From Arthrobacter sp. (GTDB lineage Bacteria; Actinomycetota; Actinomycetes; Actinomycetales; Micrococcaceae), in assembly GCA_023264815.1 (NCBI GenBank), contig JAHFUZ010000005.1:65842-129841 (forward strand): 64,000 bases of DNA. Reading direction: 5' to 3'. The position numbers were made by a program, and so were the translations under genes. Position 1 is the stretch's first letter. Each line of letters opens with the position of its first letter. Shown here one piece after another: positions 19,711 to 27,596 of this stretch. A model generated the notes under the pieces. That model saw nothing but the letters and a program-made list of their open reading frames with translations. It searched no databases and was not told where the DNA came from.

Positions 19711-21144
19711 TTAGGCGCGGGAAATGTTGATCATTTCCTCTCGCGGTACTACTTTGATGCGTTCACGTACGACGTCGGCGGTGCCGTCGGTGCCGGCCCA
19801 TTCTGCCCCGAGGGCTGCTTCGTGGGCATCCAGCTTGATCCAGCCCTCCCAGGTTGTGTACTCGATCCCGCGCTCATGCAGGAGGTCGATAATAGCCTGC
19901 GGATCCGGGTTCTGGGCAGGGGGCAGCGTGAGCCGGTCCTCCAGCAGGAAGCCGATGGTCTCCAGGGCGTCGCCCTTGGTGTGGCCGATCAGGCCGACGG
20001 GGCCGCGTTTGATCCAGCCCGTGGCGTAAATTCCGGGCACGGTGTTGCCCCCGGCGTCCAGGACGCGGCCGCCCTCGTTGGGCACCACGCCGCGCTTGGC
20101 ATCGTATTCCAGCTCGTCCAGGGGTGAGCCGTGGTAGCCGATGGCCCGGTACACGGCCTGGACGGGGTAGTCCACAAACTCCCCTGTGCCTTTGGCGTTA
20201 CCGGTCCCATCCAGCTCCATACGCTCGAACCTGATCCCGGCCACACGACCGGACCCGCCGTCGTCGTAAATCTCTACCGGGCTGTGCAGGAAGTGCAGGT
20301 GGAGTCGGCGGGAGGACGGCTCTTCGGCTTCGGCGTGCTCCTCCACGAGCCAGTTGGTGAGGGTGTTCACCATGGTCTTGATCTGGTTGTTGCTGCGGAT
20401 TGCGTCGTCGGAGGCTTCATCGAATTCGAAGTCCTCCGGGTACAGGACGATGTCCACGTCCTTCATGTGGCTCAGCTCGCGCAGCTCCAGCGGCGTGAAT
20501 TTCACCTGGGCCGGTCCGCGGCGGCCAAAGACATGCACGTCCGTCACGGGGGAACTCTTCAGGCCCTGGTAGACATTGTCCGGAATCTCGGTGGTGAGCA
20601 GTTCCTCGGCATGCTTGGCCAGCATCCGGGCCACGTCCAGCGCCACGTTGCCATTGCCGATCACGGCGATTTCCTTGGCGTCCAGCGGCCAGTCGCGCGG
20701 CACATCGGGGTGTCCGTCGTACCAGGACACAAAGTCCGCCGCGCCGAAGGAGCCTTCCAGGTCAATGCCGGGAATGGGCAGGTCGGCGTCCTTGATGGCG
20801 CCCGTGGAGAAGATCACGGCGTCATAGAAGGCACGGAAGTCGTGCAGGGTGAGGTCCCGGCCGTAGGTGACGTTGCCCAGGAAGCGGATGTCGCCGCGGT
20901 CCAGGACCTTGTGCAGGGCGTTGACGATGCCCTTGATCCGGGGATGGTCAGGAGCCACGCCGTACCTGATCAGGCCGTAGGGTGCCGGGTACGCCTCAAA
21001 GAGGTCGATGCTGACCTCGAAGTCCCCGTCCTTCTCCCCGGTGGATTTGGTGAGGATGTCCGCAGCGTACACACCTGCAGGTCCCGCGCCCACAATGGCT
21101 ACGCGGAGTGGACGCTTGGAGGTGGTTTCGCCTGGGTTGGACAC
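19711..21144 (-). CDS. fprA: Ferredoxin--NADP+ reductase, FprA type (copy 1)
   Basis: FAD site RVAIVGAGPAGVYAA, NADP site IAVIGNGNVALDVAR, and GWIKRGPVGLIGHTK. High similarity by eye to the ORF at 47734-49200. Confidence 0.9.
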   Translation of the reverse strand: MSNPGETTSKRPLRVAIVGAGPAGVYAADILTKSTGEKDGDFEVSIDLFEAYPAPYGLIRYGVAPDHPRIKGIVNALHKVLDRGDIRFLGNVTYGRDLTLHDFRAFYDAVIFSTGAIKDADLPIPGIDLEGSFGAADFVSWYDGHPDVPRDWPLDAKEIAVIGNGNVALDVARMLAKHAEELLTTEIPDNVYQGLKSSPVTDVHVFGRRGPAQVKFTPLELRELSHMKDVDIVLYPEDFEFDEASDDAIRSNNQIKTMVNTLTNWLVEEHAEAEEPSSRRLHLHFLHSPVEIYDDGGSGRVAGIRFERMELDGTGNAKGTGEFVDYPVQAVYRAIGYHGSPLDELEYDAKRGVVPNEGGRVLDAGGNTVPGIYATGWIKRGPVGLIGHTKGDALETIGFLLEDRLTLPPAQNPDPQAIIDLLHERGIEYTTWEGWIKLDAHEAALGAEWAGTDGTADVVRERIKVVPREEMINISRA

Positions 21145-21348
21145 CGGGAGCCCTTCTGGAAGAAGATTTTCGCGCCTGGGCGCTTGGAGCAGTTCACAGT
21201 GCTCTTGCGAACAGTGACCCTATTCTAAATGTCCACAGCAGGCATCGCGGCACGAGTTCACAGCAGACGTTCAGCTGCTATACAGCATTCCTTTGCCTGC
21301 GCGGCCCCGCCTGTTAACAATCCGGCCTGAGCCTTATCACGACCGCGC

Positions 21349-22044
21349 GTGCGGCGTCCAGTCACACGATCCTGGGGGGCCACCATTTCCAATGAACGCA
21401 TTTCCTTCACGTCTCTTGTCAGCCAGGCCCATCCAGCGGCAACCCGCTGGAGGGAACGCGAACTTGCCGTTTTCCGGGCGGCTGTGCAGCACGGGCATGT
21501 CTCGGCACTCGCATCGCTCAGTACGCGGCACCGGCCGGCAGGCATCGATCAGCTGCCTTCCGGCGTGCCCGTTCAGGCGCAGCGGCCCCCGGCAGTGCAT
21601 CAACTGGTCCGCCGGATGGATCACTTCAACCAGCCGCTGGTGGTCTGGCGCCTCATCTCGGGAAACCACCGGGAGCTCGGACGGGGCGTGGGCCTCTTTC
21701 CCAGCTACGCCGCGGCCGCCGCACATGCCGCGGCCATTCAGGGCCACGCCAGCGAACTGATCGTGACCTTCATCCAGAGCCAACCGGCCCGGCAGTTCGG
21801 GTGGTACGCCACCTACCAGGATCGTCCGGTTCTGATGGCCAGCGCGTGGTACCCCACTGTCCGTGACCGGGACCGCAGCGCGCAGGCCGCACTTGACCTG
21901 CTCGGCGGCGCGCGCCTGCTGACCACAGTCATCCGCCACGGCCACCGGCATCTTCCACTGGAACTGGCCGTCGAACCGGACCATGCCACAGCATCTGGCC
22001 CGGAACGGGCTCCCGGCGGCCCCGTGGAGGCATTTTCACCATAA
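21349..22044 (+). CDS. Hypothetical protein, possibly with a DUF1508/YegP-like repeat; start uncertain
   Basis: GC-rich third codon positions favour this plus frame, at least from about 21590. ...VVWRLISGNHRELGRGVGLFPSYAAAAAHAAAIQGHA... loosely resembles YegP repeats. The competing minus-strand ORF 21337-21984 was rejected. Confidence 0.35.
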   Translation: MRRPVTRSWGATISNERISFTSLVSQAHPAATRWRERELAVFRAAVQHGHVSALASLSTRHRPAGIDQLPSGVPVQAQRPPAVHQLVRRMDHFNQPLVVWRLISGNHRELGRGVGLFPSYAAAAAHAAAIQGHASELIVTFIQSQPARQFGWYATYQDRPVLMASAWYPTVRDRDRSAQAALDLLGGARLLTTVIRHGHRHLPLELAVEPDHATASGPERAPGGPVEAFSP

Positions 22045-22055
22045 GTTCACCTGTC
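22034..22055 (+). promoter_or_regulatory. PHO-box-like pair of 11-nt direct repeat units upstream of the first PstS-fold gene
   Basis: tttcaccataa|gttcacctgtc: TTTCACC and GTTCACC start exactly 11 nt apart, 85-100 nt upstream of the ATGs at 22140/22155. Confidence 0.4.
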
Positions 22056-22139
22056 CGCAGCTTGTTCTTAGCCAGGCAATTCAAGCTGCCGGACCGCACC
22101 GCCGCAGACTCAAAGCCGCACATCCACACGCAATCCAAG

Positions 22140-23273
22140 ATGGGGAATCCTGACATGAAATTGAAGTCCTTCCGGGCTGTTGGCGCAGTCTGCGCCACGG
22201 CCCTGGCACTTGGCCTGATCAGCACTTCCAGTGCCTCCGCAGAACCCTCGACGCCGGACCGGGCCTTCGCCGCGGTGGGCTCCGACACTATCCAGGACGT
22301 CTGGAACGGGCTGACGAACAACGGTCCGGTCAAGTCCGTAGCCTCCTTCGACGCCTTCGGCGCACCCGCAACGATCGTGACCAAAGCCGGGGCAACACCG
22401 ATCACCCGCCCCAATGGCTCCGGTGCCGGCGTCAAGGCCCTCAGCGCCAGCCTGAATCCGCTCAACCACGTCTACAAGGACTCGGCCAACAACTCCTTCA
22501 CGCTGAAGAAGAACGACGTGGACATTGCCCGGTCCTCATCCTCGCCGAGCGTTGCCGGTACGGACCTGACGTTCCTGCCGTTCGCGCGCGATGCCGTGAC
22601 CGTGGCGGTCAAGGACTCCGCGAACAACCCGCTCAGCCTCACCACCCAGCAGATCGCCAACATCTTCAGCTGCACGGCCGGCGATGGCGTCACGATTGAC
22701 GGCGGCACCGGAAAGCCGATGCTCGGCGGCATGGTGTTCACGCCCAAGCTCCCCCAGGCTGCCTCCGGCACGCGCGGGTTCTTCCTCAAGGCGATCGGCG
22801 TCACGCCGAACACCACCTGCATCCCCAACGCCGAGCAGGCCTACCCGGAAAACAGCGGCGCAGCACTGGTCAACAACGGCGACATCATCCCCTTCTCAGC
22901 CGCACAGTGGATCGCACAGAAGAACGGCGCCATGACGGACACCACCGCCGCCGGCCAGCTGCTTGCGGACATCGATGGGCTGAAGGCCGTTGCTCCCGGT
23001 ACCGTGGCTCCGGCGCTGGCTCCCGGCGACCTGTACGGCGACGCCGCCGTGGCGCCCGCCAGCGGAAAGGGTATTTTCGCCCGCGACACCTACAACGTGG
23101 TGGCCAGCACCACCCAGACCAGCAAGCTGATTTACAGCCTCCTGCTGGGCAATTCCGTGTCCACCAACCTGAAGACAATTGGCAGCAAGGTAGTCATCAA
23201 CAAATTCGGTTTCAAGACGCTCTCCTACGTGGGCGACTGGACCTATGGCAAAAAGTCCGGGTACACCAACTAA
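22140..23273 (+). CDS. Secreted PstS/PBP_like_2-fold substrate-binding-type protein with no membrane anchor
   Basis: Signal peptide MKLKSFRAVGAVCATALALGLISTSSASA with no lipobox. PBP-type motifs are AVGSDTIQ, RPNGSGAGVKAL, DIARSSS, LSLTTQQIANIF and ASGTRGFF. The start is ATG 22140 or 22155. Confidence 0.8.
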   Translation: MGNPDMKLKSFRAVGAVCATALALGLISTSSASAEPSTPDRAFAAVGSDTIQDVWNGLTNNGPVKSVASFDAFGAPATIVTKAGATPITRPNGSGAGVKALSASLNPLNHVYKDSANNSFTLKKNDVDIARSSSSPSVAGTDLTFLPFARDAVTVAVKDSANNPLSLTTQQIANIFSCTAGDGVTIDGGTGKPMLGGMVFTPKLPQAASGTRGFFLKAIGVTPNTTCIPNAEQAYPENSGAALVNNGDIIPFSAAQWIAQKNGAMTDTTAAGQLLADIDGLKAVAPGTVAPALAPGDLYGDAAVAPASGKGIFARDTYNVVASTTQTSKLIYSLLLGNSVSTNLKTIGSKVVINKFGFKTLSYVGDWTYGKKSGYTN

Positions 23274-23373
23274 GCGCTTATTGAAAACCTGCATTATGCG
23301 GGGAATTTACTCCGCTCTTTGCCCTACCTGAATTTCAGCTCTAAATACAACAACCTGAGAAAGAGAAACGATT

Positions 23374-24588
23374 ATGGCTGACGCCACATCAAGGAAATCC
23401 CGCCTGGGCCTGAACGCGACGGCGGCAGTGGCCGGCACCGCGCTCCTGCTGGGCGGTGGAATTACGGTGGCAAATGCCACCCTGCCCGCCGGTTCCGCGG
23501 GAACCGTTACGTCAAACCCCACCTCCGGTGACTGGAGCACCGTGAGCCTGTCGCTGATGAAGCTGCACAGCGACATGGTCTGCCCCACCACCGGGAACAT
23601 CCTGGAAGGCGCACTGATTTTCATGTCCGAGCCCGGCCAGGAAATCCAGCCTGCACCGAGCAACACCGTTGAAGCCCAGACTCTCTACCCGTGGACGCAG
23701 GACCCGCAGTACGCGATGTCCCTGAACCCCAACGGCACCATCGCCGATGACAACACCCTGGAGTCCGGCTTCGTCAACATGAGCAAGGCACCGATCGCGG
23801 ACATGTCAACGGTTGTGGAAGCAAACCACACCTACAGCATCGGTTACGTCTGCACCGTGTCCAACGACAACGTCACCACGGCAAAAATCAACCCGGTTGC
23901 CGGCAAGACCGTAGCCTCCTGGGCCACGCTGACCACCGACGCCGCGAAGAAATGGACCATCAGCCAGCCTGTGGTCACCACGCCGAGCGCCACCCCCACG
24001 GCCACCGAAACCGTTGACCCGTCACCGACTGCCACGCCGACGGCCACCGAAACCGTTGACCCGTCGCCGAGCGCCTCTGAGTCACCCTCGGCAACCGCCA
24101 CCGCCACCACCCCGGCTCCGCTGGCCACCACCGGCAGGGGTGCAACCGCGGGCGGTTCGGACATCGTTCCGCTGACCACCGGAACCGCTCTGGTGGAAGG
24201 CACCAAGCACTCAGTGGCAGCTCCTGCCGGCACCTTTGTGGCCGGCGAAACGGTCACCGGCGCGATCCACTCCGATCCGGTTGCCCTGGTTGAAACGGCC
24301 GTGGCCAACGCCGACGGTTCGGTCACGTACAGCTTCACTGTTCCGGCCGGCCTGCCCGCCGGAACGCACACACTCGTCCTGACCGGCGCCGCCGGCGCCA
24401 CGTTCGAGGTCACCGGCCTGACTGTCGCCGGTACGTCCAACGCGCCGTTCCTCGCCGACACCAACTGGCTCGCCACCACCGGCCCGGCGGGCACTGCCGG
24501 AATGACCGCCATGGTACTGGGCGGCCTGACGCTCATGGCAGCGGGCGCCGGAGTATACCTGCGCCGCCGTAAGGGCAGCAGGGCCTGA
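23374..24588 (+). CDS. Secreted surface protein with a C-terminal LAxTG cell-wall sorting signal
   Basis: N-terminal signal peptide (...GGGITVANA). The C-terminus WLATTGPAGTAGMTAMVLGGLTLMAAGAGVYLRRRKGSRA reads as motif, then hydrophobic helix, then basic tail. There is a Pro/Thr linker with a tandem repeat and an Ig-like C-terminal domain. Confidence 0.85.
   Translation: MADATSRKSRLGLNATAAVAGTALLLGGGITVANATLPAGSAGTVTSNPTSGDWSTVSLSLMKLHSDMVCPTTGNILEGALIFMSEPGQEIQPAPSNTVEAQTLYPWTQDPQYAMSLNPNGTIADDNTLESGFVNMSKAPIADMSTVVEANHTYSIGYVCTVSNDNVTTAKINPVAGKTVASWATLTTDAAKKWTISQPVVTTPSATPTATETVDPSPTATPTATETVDPSPSASESPSATATATTPAPLATTGRGATAGGSDIVPLTTGTALVEGTKHSVAAPAGTFVAGETVTGAIHSDPVALVETAVANADGSVTYSFTVPAGLPAGTHTLVLTGAAGATFEVTGLTVAGTSNAPFLADTNWLATTGPAGTAGMTAMVLGGLTLMAAGAGVYLRRRKGSRA
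23998..24070 (+). repeat. 42-bp tandem repeat (2 copies) encoding the TATETVDPSP linker
   Basis: acggccaccgaaaccgttgacccgtc[a/g]ccga occurs at 23998-24028 and 24040-24070. Confidence 0.9.
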
Positions 24589-24597
24589 TTTACCAGC

Positions 24598-24638
24598 AAT
24601 TGCCCGGATCCCGCTGGGGTCCGGGCAATTCCTTTTCC
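24598..24638 (+). terminator. Rho-independent terminator after the LAxTG protein gene
   Basis: aattgcccggatccc (24598-24612) pairs with ggggtccgggcaatt (24616-24630) with one G-U pair. It is followed by ccttttcc. Confidence 0.8.
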
Positions 24639-24824
24639 AGCGCCGATTCCTTTTGTTCACCTCCGGGAAATGTTTCCTTTATCAGGGCACAGCAGGTCAC
24701 GGAAGAAGCCACGAAATAATAGTCCAGCAGCTTCCGCTGATGCCGGCGGAACATTCCCATGCCACGCGCATCAGCCAGTCCCCAGGCTCAGCTGCCATCC
24801 CGGAATTACGGAAAGAAAGAATTC

Positions 24825-27596
24825 ATGCTGCCTCCATGGAATACCCGACGGGGCCACGCCAGGACCCGCCTCCGGCCCGCAATACGGTGGGCTTCCCCCG
24901 TAGCCGCTGCCGCTGCCGCCGGCGCCCTCCTCCTGGTTTCCCTGCCGCCCGTCACGGCGGACACCATCGTCCCGGGCACCGATTGGGGCCCCCGGGGTTC
25001 CATGGTTAGCGATACCGCCACCACCGTGAGCTGGGGCAACACCGGCAATGCCGCGGAGAGCACTGTGCCCCGCGGCGGGCAGCAGAAGCTGCCGCACACG
25101 GCTGCCAAGACGTTCAACGACGTCGACCAGCGGCTTCGCGACGCAGCGAACCGCGCGTTCGGGGCTGACAACGGCCGTGGCGGACTCTCACTGCAGGTTT
25201 CCCAAACCAGGAACCTGCAGAACCAGTCAGTGACGGTCAGCTTCTCCGGCGCGGATCCGGCAGCAAGCAGCAATGGCGCCAGCACCTCCTACCTCCAGGT
25301 GTTCCAGTGCTGGGGCAAACCAGGCGCGGACAACAAACCCGACCCCGCCGCAACCGAACCCGATCCGGCGACGTGCCAGTTCGGTGCCACGGGGCTCGAC
25401 GGCGACATCTCCAACACTGCACACCAGCGTTCGCTGCTCAACGATCCGCTGGTCCGCGGCGGAGACTGGGAAGCAGCCGATCCGGCTTCTCCCTCCATGA
25501 ACCTCCCGGCTCCGTTCAAAACAGTCACCGGGGAAGAAACGCGCATCACCGACGGCTTCAACCTCAGCGAATACCGCAACCCTTTCTTCAGCCGCACCAG
25601 CACCAACGAGTTCTCCCGGTTCATGGCCTCGGAACAGGGTGCCGGCTCGCGGACGTTCGAAGTGCAAAGCGGCATGGAGGCCTCCGGGCTGGGCTGCGGC
25701 TTCCGTCCGGACGCACCCAGCGTGGCCAAATGCTGGCTGGTGGCTGTGCCCCGCACCGCCGCCATGGACGCCATCCTGCCCGCCGGTCCGCTCTCGCCCA
25801 GCCTGTGGGCGATGCGCCTGCAGGTTCCCCTCCACTTCCAGGACGTCGCGGCGGTCTGCCCCACCGACCGGTCAGCCACCCTCAGCGTCGGCTCCGAAGC
25901 CCTCGGCGCCGCGATGAAGTCCTGGATCCCCGCAGTCTGCGACTCCAAGAAGTTCACGCTGGGGTTCTCTCCCCTGGCTGACCTGCAGGCCCGTAGCCAA
26001 CTGCAGCAGCCGGACACGCTGGCGTTCATGACCCGTCCCGCTGCCAGCGGCAACAATCTCTACGTGCCCACCGCACTGGCCGGCGTGGTGGTTGCCATGA
26101 CCATCGACAACGCCTGCACGGCGGCTTTCACCCCCTACACCCTGGCCGACTGCGGCTACAAGGACAAGGCCGAGTGGGAAGCAGACAAGGCCCGCAGTGC
26201 CGGCCTTGTCCGCGACCTGAAGCTGAACGCCCGGCTCCTGGCCAAGCTGCTGACCCAAAGCTACGTGCAGCACACGGCCCCGGCCTCCGCCGTCGACGCC
26301 CCCTTCACCAAGCCCGGCACCACCGCCTACGGCCGGCCCATGACGTACTCCATCCAGAACGACCCCGAGTTCACGTCCCTGAACCCGAAAGGCCTGGGTT
26401 CCTCTGGCAACCTCAACCCGCCCGTGGTCGAAGGCCTCCGTTCGGACGCCGCAGCCGCCGTCTGGGACTGGCTCCTGAACGACCAGGCCGCACGGGCTTT
26501 CCTGAACGGCTGCCCGGATCCGGCAGGAATGACCATCAACCCGTTCTACTCGACCCGCACATACGCCGAATGCCAGGACCAGGCCGCCGAACTGGACCGC
26601 CAGGCCGGGAAGAAGATCGCCGACACCAAGACGCCGGCGGGTTTCAGCTACGCCCGCCAGTCCTACCCCTCTGAGGGCGCCTCCTACCCCCAGATCTACT
26701 GGGCACAGAACGAGGCCATCCTCAATGCCCAGGGCGCCGTGGAGCAGCCGGCGCTGACCGTTGGCGACCAGTACTCCCGGGTCCACGACATGGCAACGGC
26801 AGCCCAGTACACGGTGCGGGCGCAGCCGGCCTCCACCACGTCCTGGTGCGCGGACTGCAGCCCACCGGCCTACAAGTCGGTGTCCCGGCAGGGGTACGGC
26901 AGCCGCAGCGTCATCTCCATCACCGACGCCGCCTCGGCAGCGAAGTTCCAGCTCCCCACCGCCCAGCTGTGCAACACCGAGGGCTCACAGTGCATCGGTG
27001 CCACCACCGCCAGCCTGCAGGCGGCCGCCGGCCAGTTCGAACCCACCGGAGTCCCCGGCGTGCAGCGGGCGTCCGCCAGCCCCGACTACCGCACGTCTTA
27101 CCCGCTGACGCTGCCCATCTACGGCGCAGTGGACCTGGCCACGGTCAGCCAGCCGCAGGCAGCCACGTTCGCGCAACTGTTCTCCTACATCAGCACCGAT
27201 GGCCAGAAGTCCGGGTTCCGGAGCGGAATGCTGCCGCCCGGCTATGCACCGCTCACCCCCGCCCTGCTACTGGGCGCCGCAGCCGGCATCCAGGCGCTGC
27301 AGAGCGTGCAGGGCCCGCAGCAGCTGGCGGCCACCGCGCAGCTGCTGCCGATGGACTCAACGCCGGCCGCGGTGCAGCCCCTGGCCGCCGTCCCGGCGTC
27401 GCCGGTGGAGCCCCCGGCGGCTGCGGCAGTGCCTGCTGCGGCCCCGGCAGCTGTTCCTGCCGCTGCTGACGCCATACCTGGCCGGACCGCGGCCACCGGG
27501 AGTGCCTGGCCGCAGTTCACCATGGCGATCGGACTGCTGGCAGCCCTCGCCACCGCCGCCGCCGCGCCCCTGCTGGCCCGGGGACGGCGCCGATGA
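24825..27596 (+). CDS. Large secreted protein (923 aa): unknown N-terminal half, degenerate PstS-like C-terminal half, Ala/Pro linker and a sorting-signal-like tail
   Basis: Signal-like N-terminus ...AAAAAGALLLVSLPPVTADT. PstS-like landmarks are LKLNARLLAKLLTQSY, EGLRSDAAAAVWDWLL, YPLTLPIYGAVD and LPPGYAPLTPAL. The tail is ...IPGRTAATGSAWPQFTMAIGLLAALATAAAAPLLARGRRR. The stop overlaps the pstC start (ATGA). An alternative upstream ATG lies at 24759. Confidence 0.8.
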   Translation: MLPPWNTRRGHARTRLRPAIRWASPVAAAAAAGALLLVSLPPVTADTIVPGTDWGPRGSMVSDTATTVSWGNTGNAAESTVPRGGQQKLPHTAAKTFNDVDQRLRDAANRAFGADNGRGGLSLQVSQTRNLQNQSVTVSFSGADPAASSNGASTSYLQVFQCWGKPGADNKPDPAATEPDPATCQFGATGLDGDISNTAHQRSLLNDPLVRGGDWEAADPASPSMNLPAPFKTVTGEETRITDGFNLSEYRNPFFSRTSTNEFSRFMASEQGAGSRTFEVQSGMEASGLGCGFRPDAPSVAKCWLVAVPRTAAMDAILPAGPLSPSLWAMRLQVPLHFQDVAAVCPTDRSATLSVGSEALGAAMKSWIPAVCDSKKFTLGFSPLADLQARSQLQQPDTLAFMTRPAASGNNLYVPTALAGVVVAMTIDNACTAAFTPYTLADCGYKDKAEWEADKARSAGLVRDLKLNARLLAKLLTQSYVQHTAPASAVDAPFTKPGTTAYGRPMTYSIQNDPEFTSLNPKGLGSSGNLNPPVVEGLRSDAAAAVWDWLLNDQAARAFLNGCPDPAGMTINPFYSTRTYAECQDQAAELDRQAGKKIADTKTPAGFSYARQSYPSEGASYPQIYWAQNEAILNAQGAVEQPALTVGDQYSRVHDMATAAQYTVRAQPASTTSWCADCSPPAYKSVSRQGYGSRSVISITDAASAAKFQLPTAQLCNTEGSQCIGATTASLQAAAGQFEPTGVPGVQRASASPDYRTSYPLTLPIYGAVDLATVSQPQAATFAQLFSYISTDGQKSGFRSGMLPPGYAPLTPALLLGAAAGIQALQSVQGPQQLAATAQLLPMDSTPAAVQPLAAVPASPVEPPAAAAVPAAAPAAVPAAADAIPGRTAATGSAWPQFTMAIGLLAALATAAAAPLLARGRRR

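Noticed and set aside
21337-21984. 215-aa minus-strand ORF competing with the plus-strand ORF 21349-22044
   Set aside because: Third-codon-position GC is clearly better in the plus frame over most of the overlap, and there is no recognisable family. It is kept only as an uncertainty note.
27330-27480. GC-rich GCC/GCG/CCG repetitive tracts here and at ~31250-31340, considered as possible SSRs or a CRISPR-like array
   Set aside because: They are in-frame Ala/Pro-rich low-complexity linkers of the 923-aa and PstS-like proteins. There is no repeat-spacer periodicity. No CRISPR array is present anywhere in the window.
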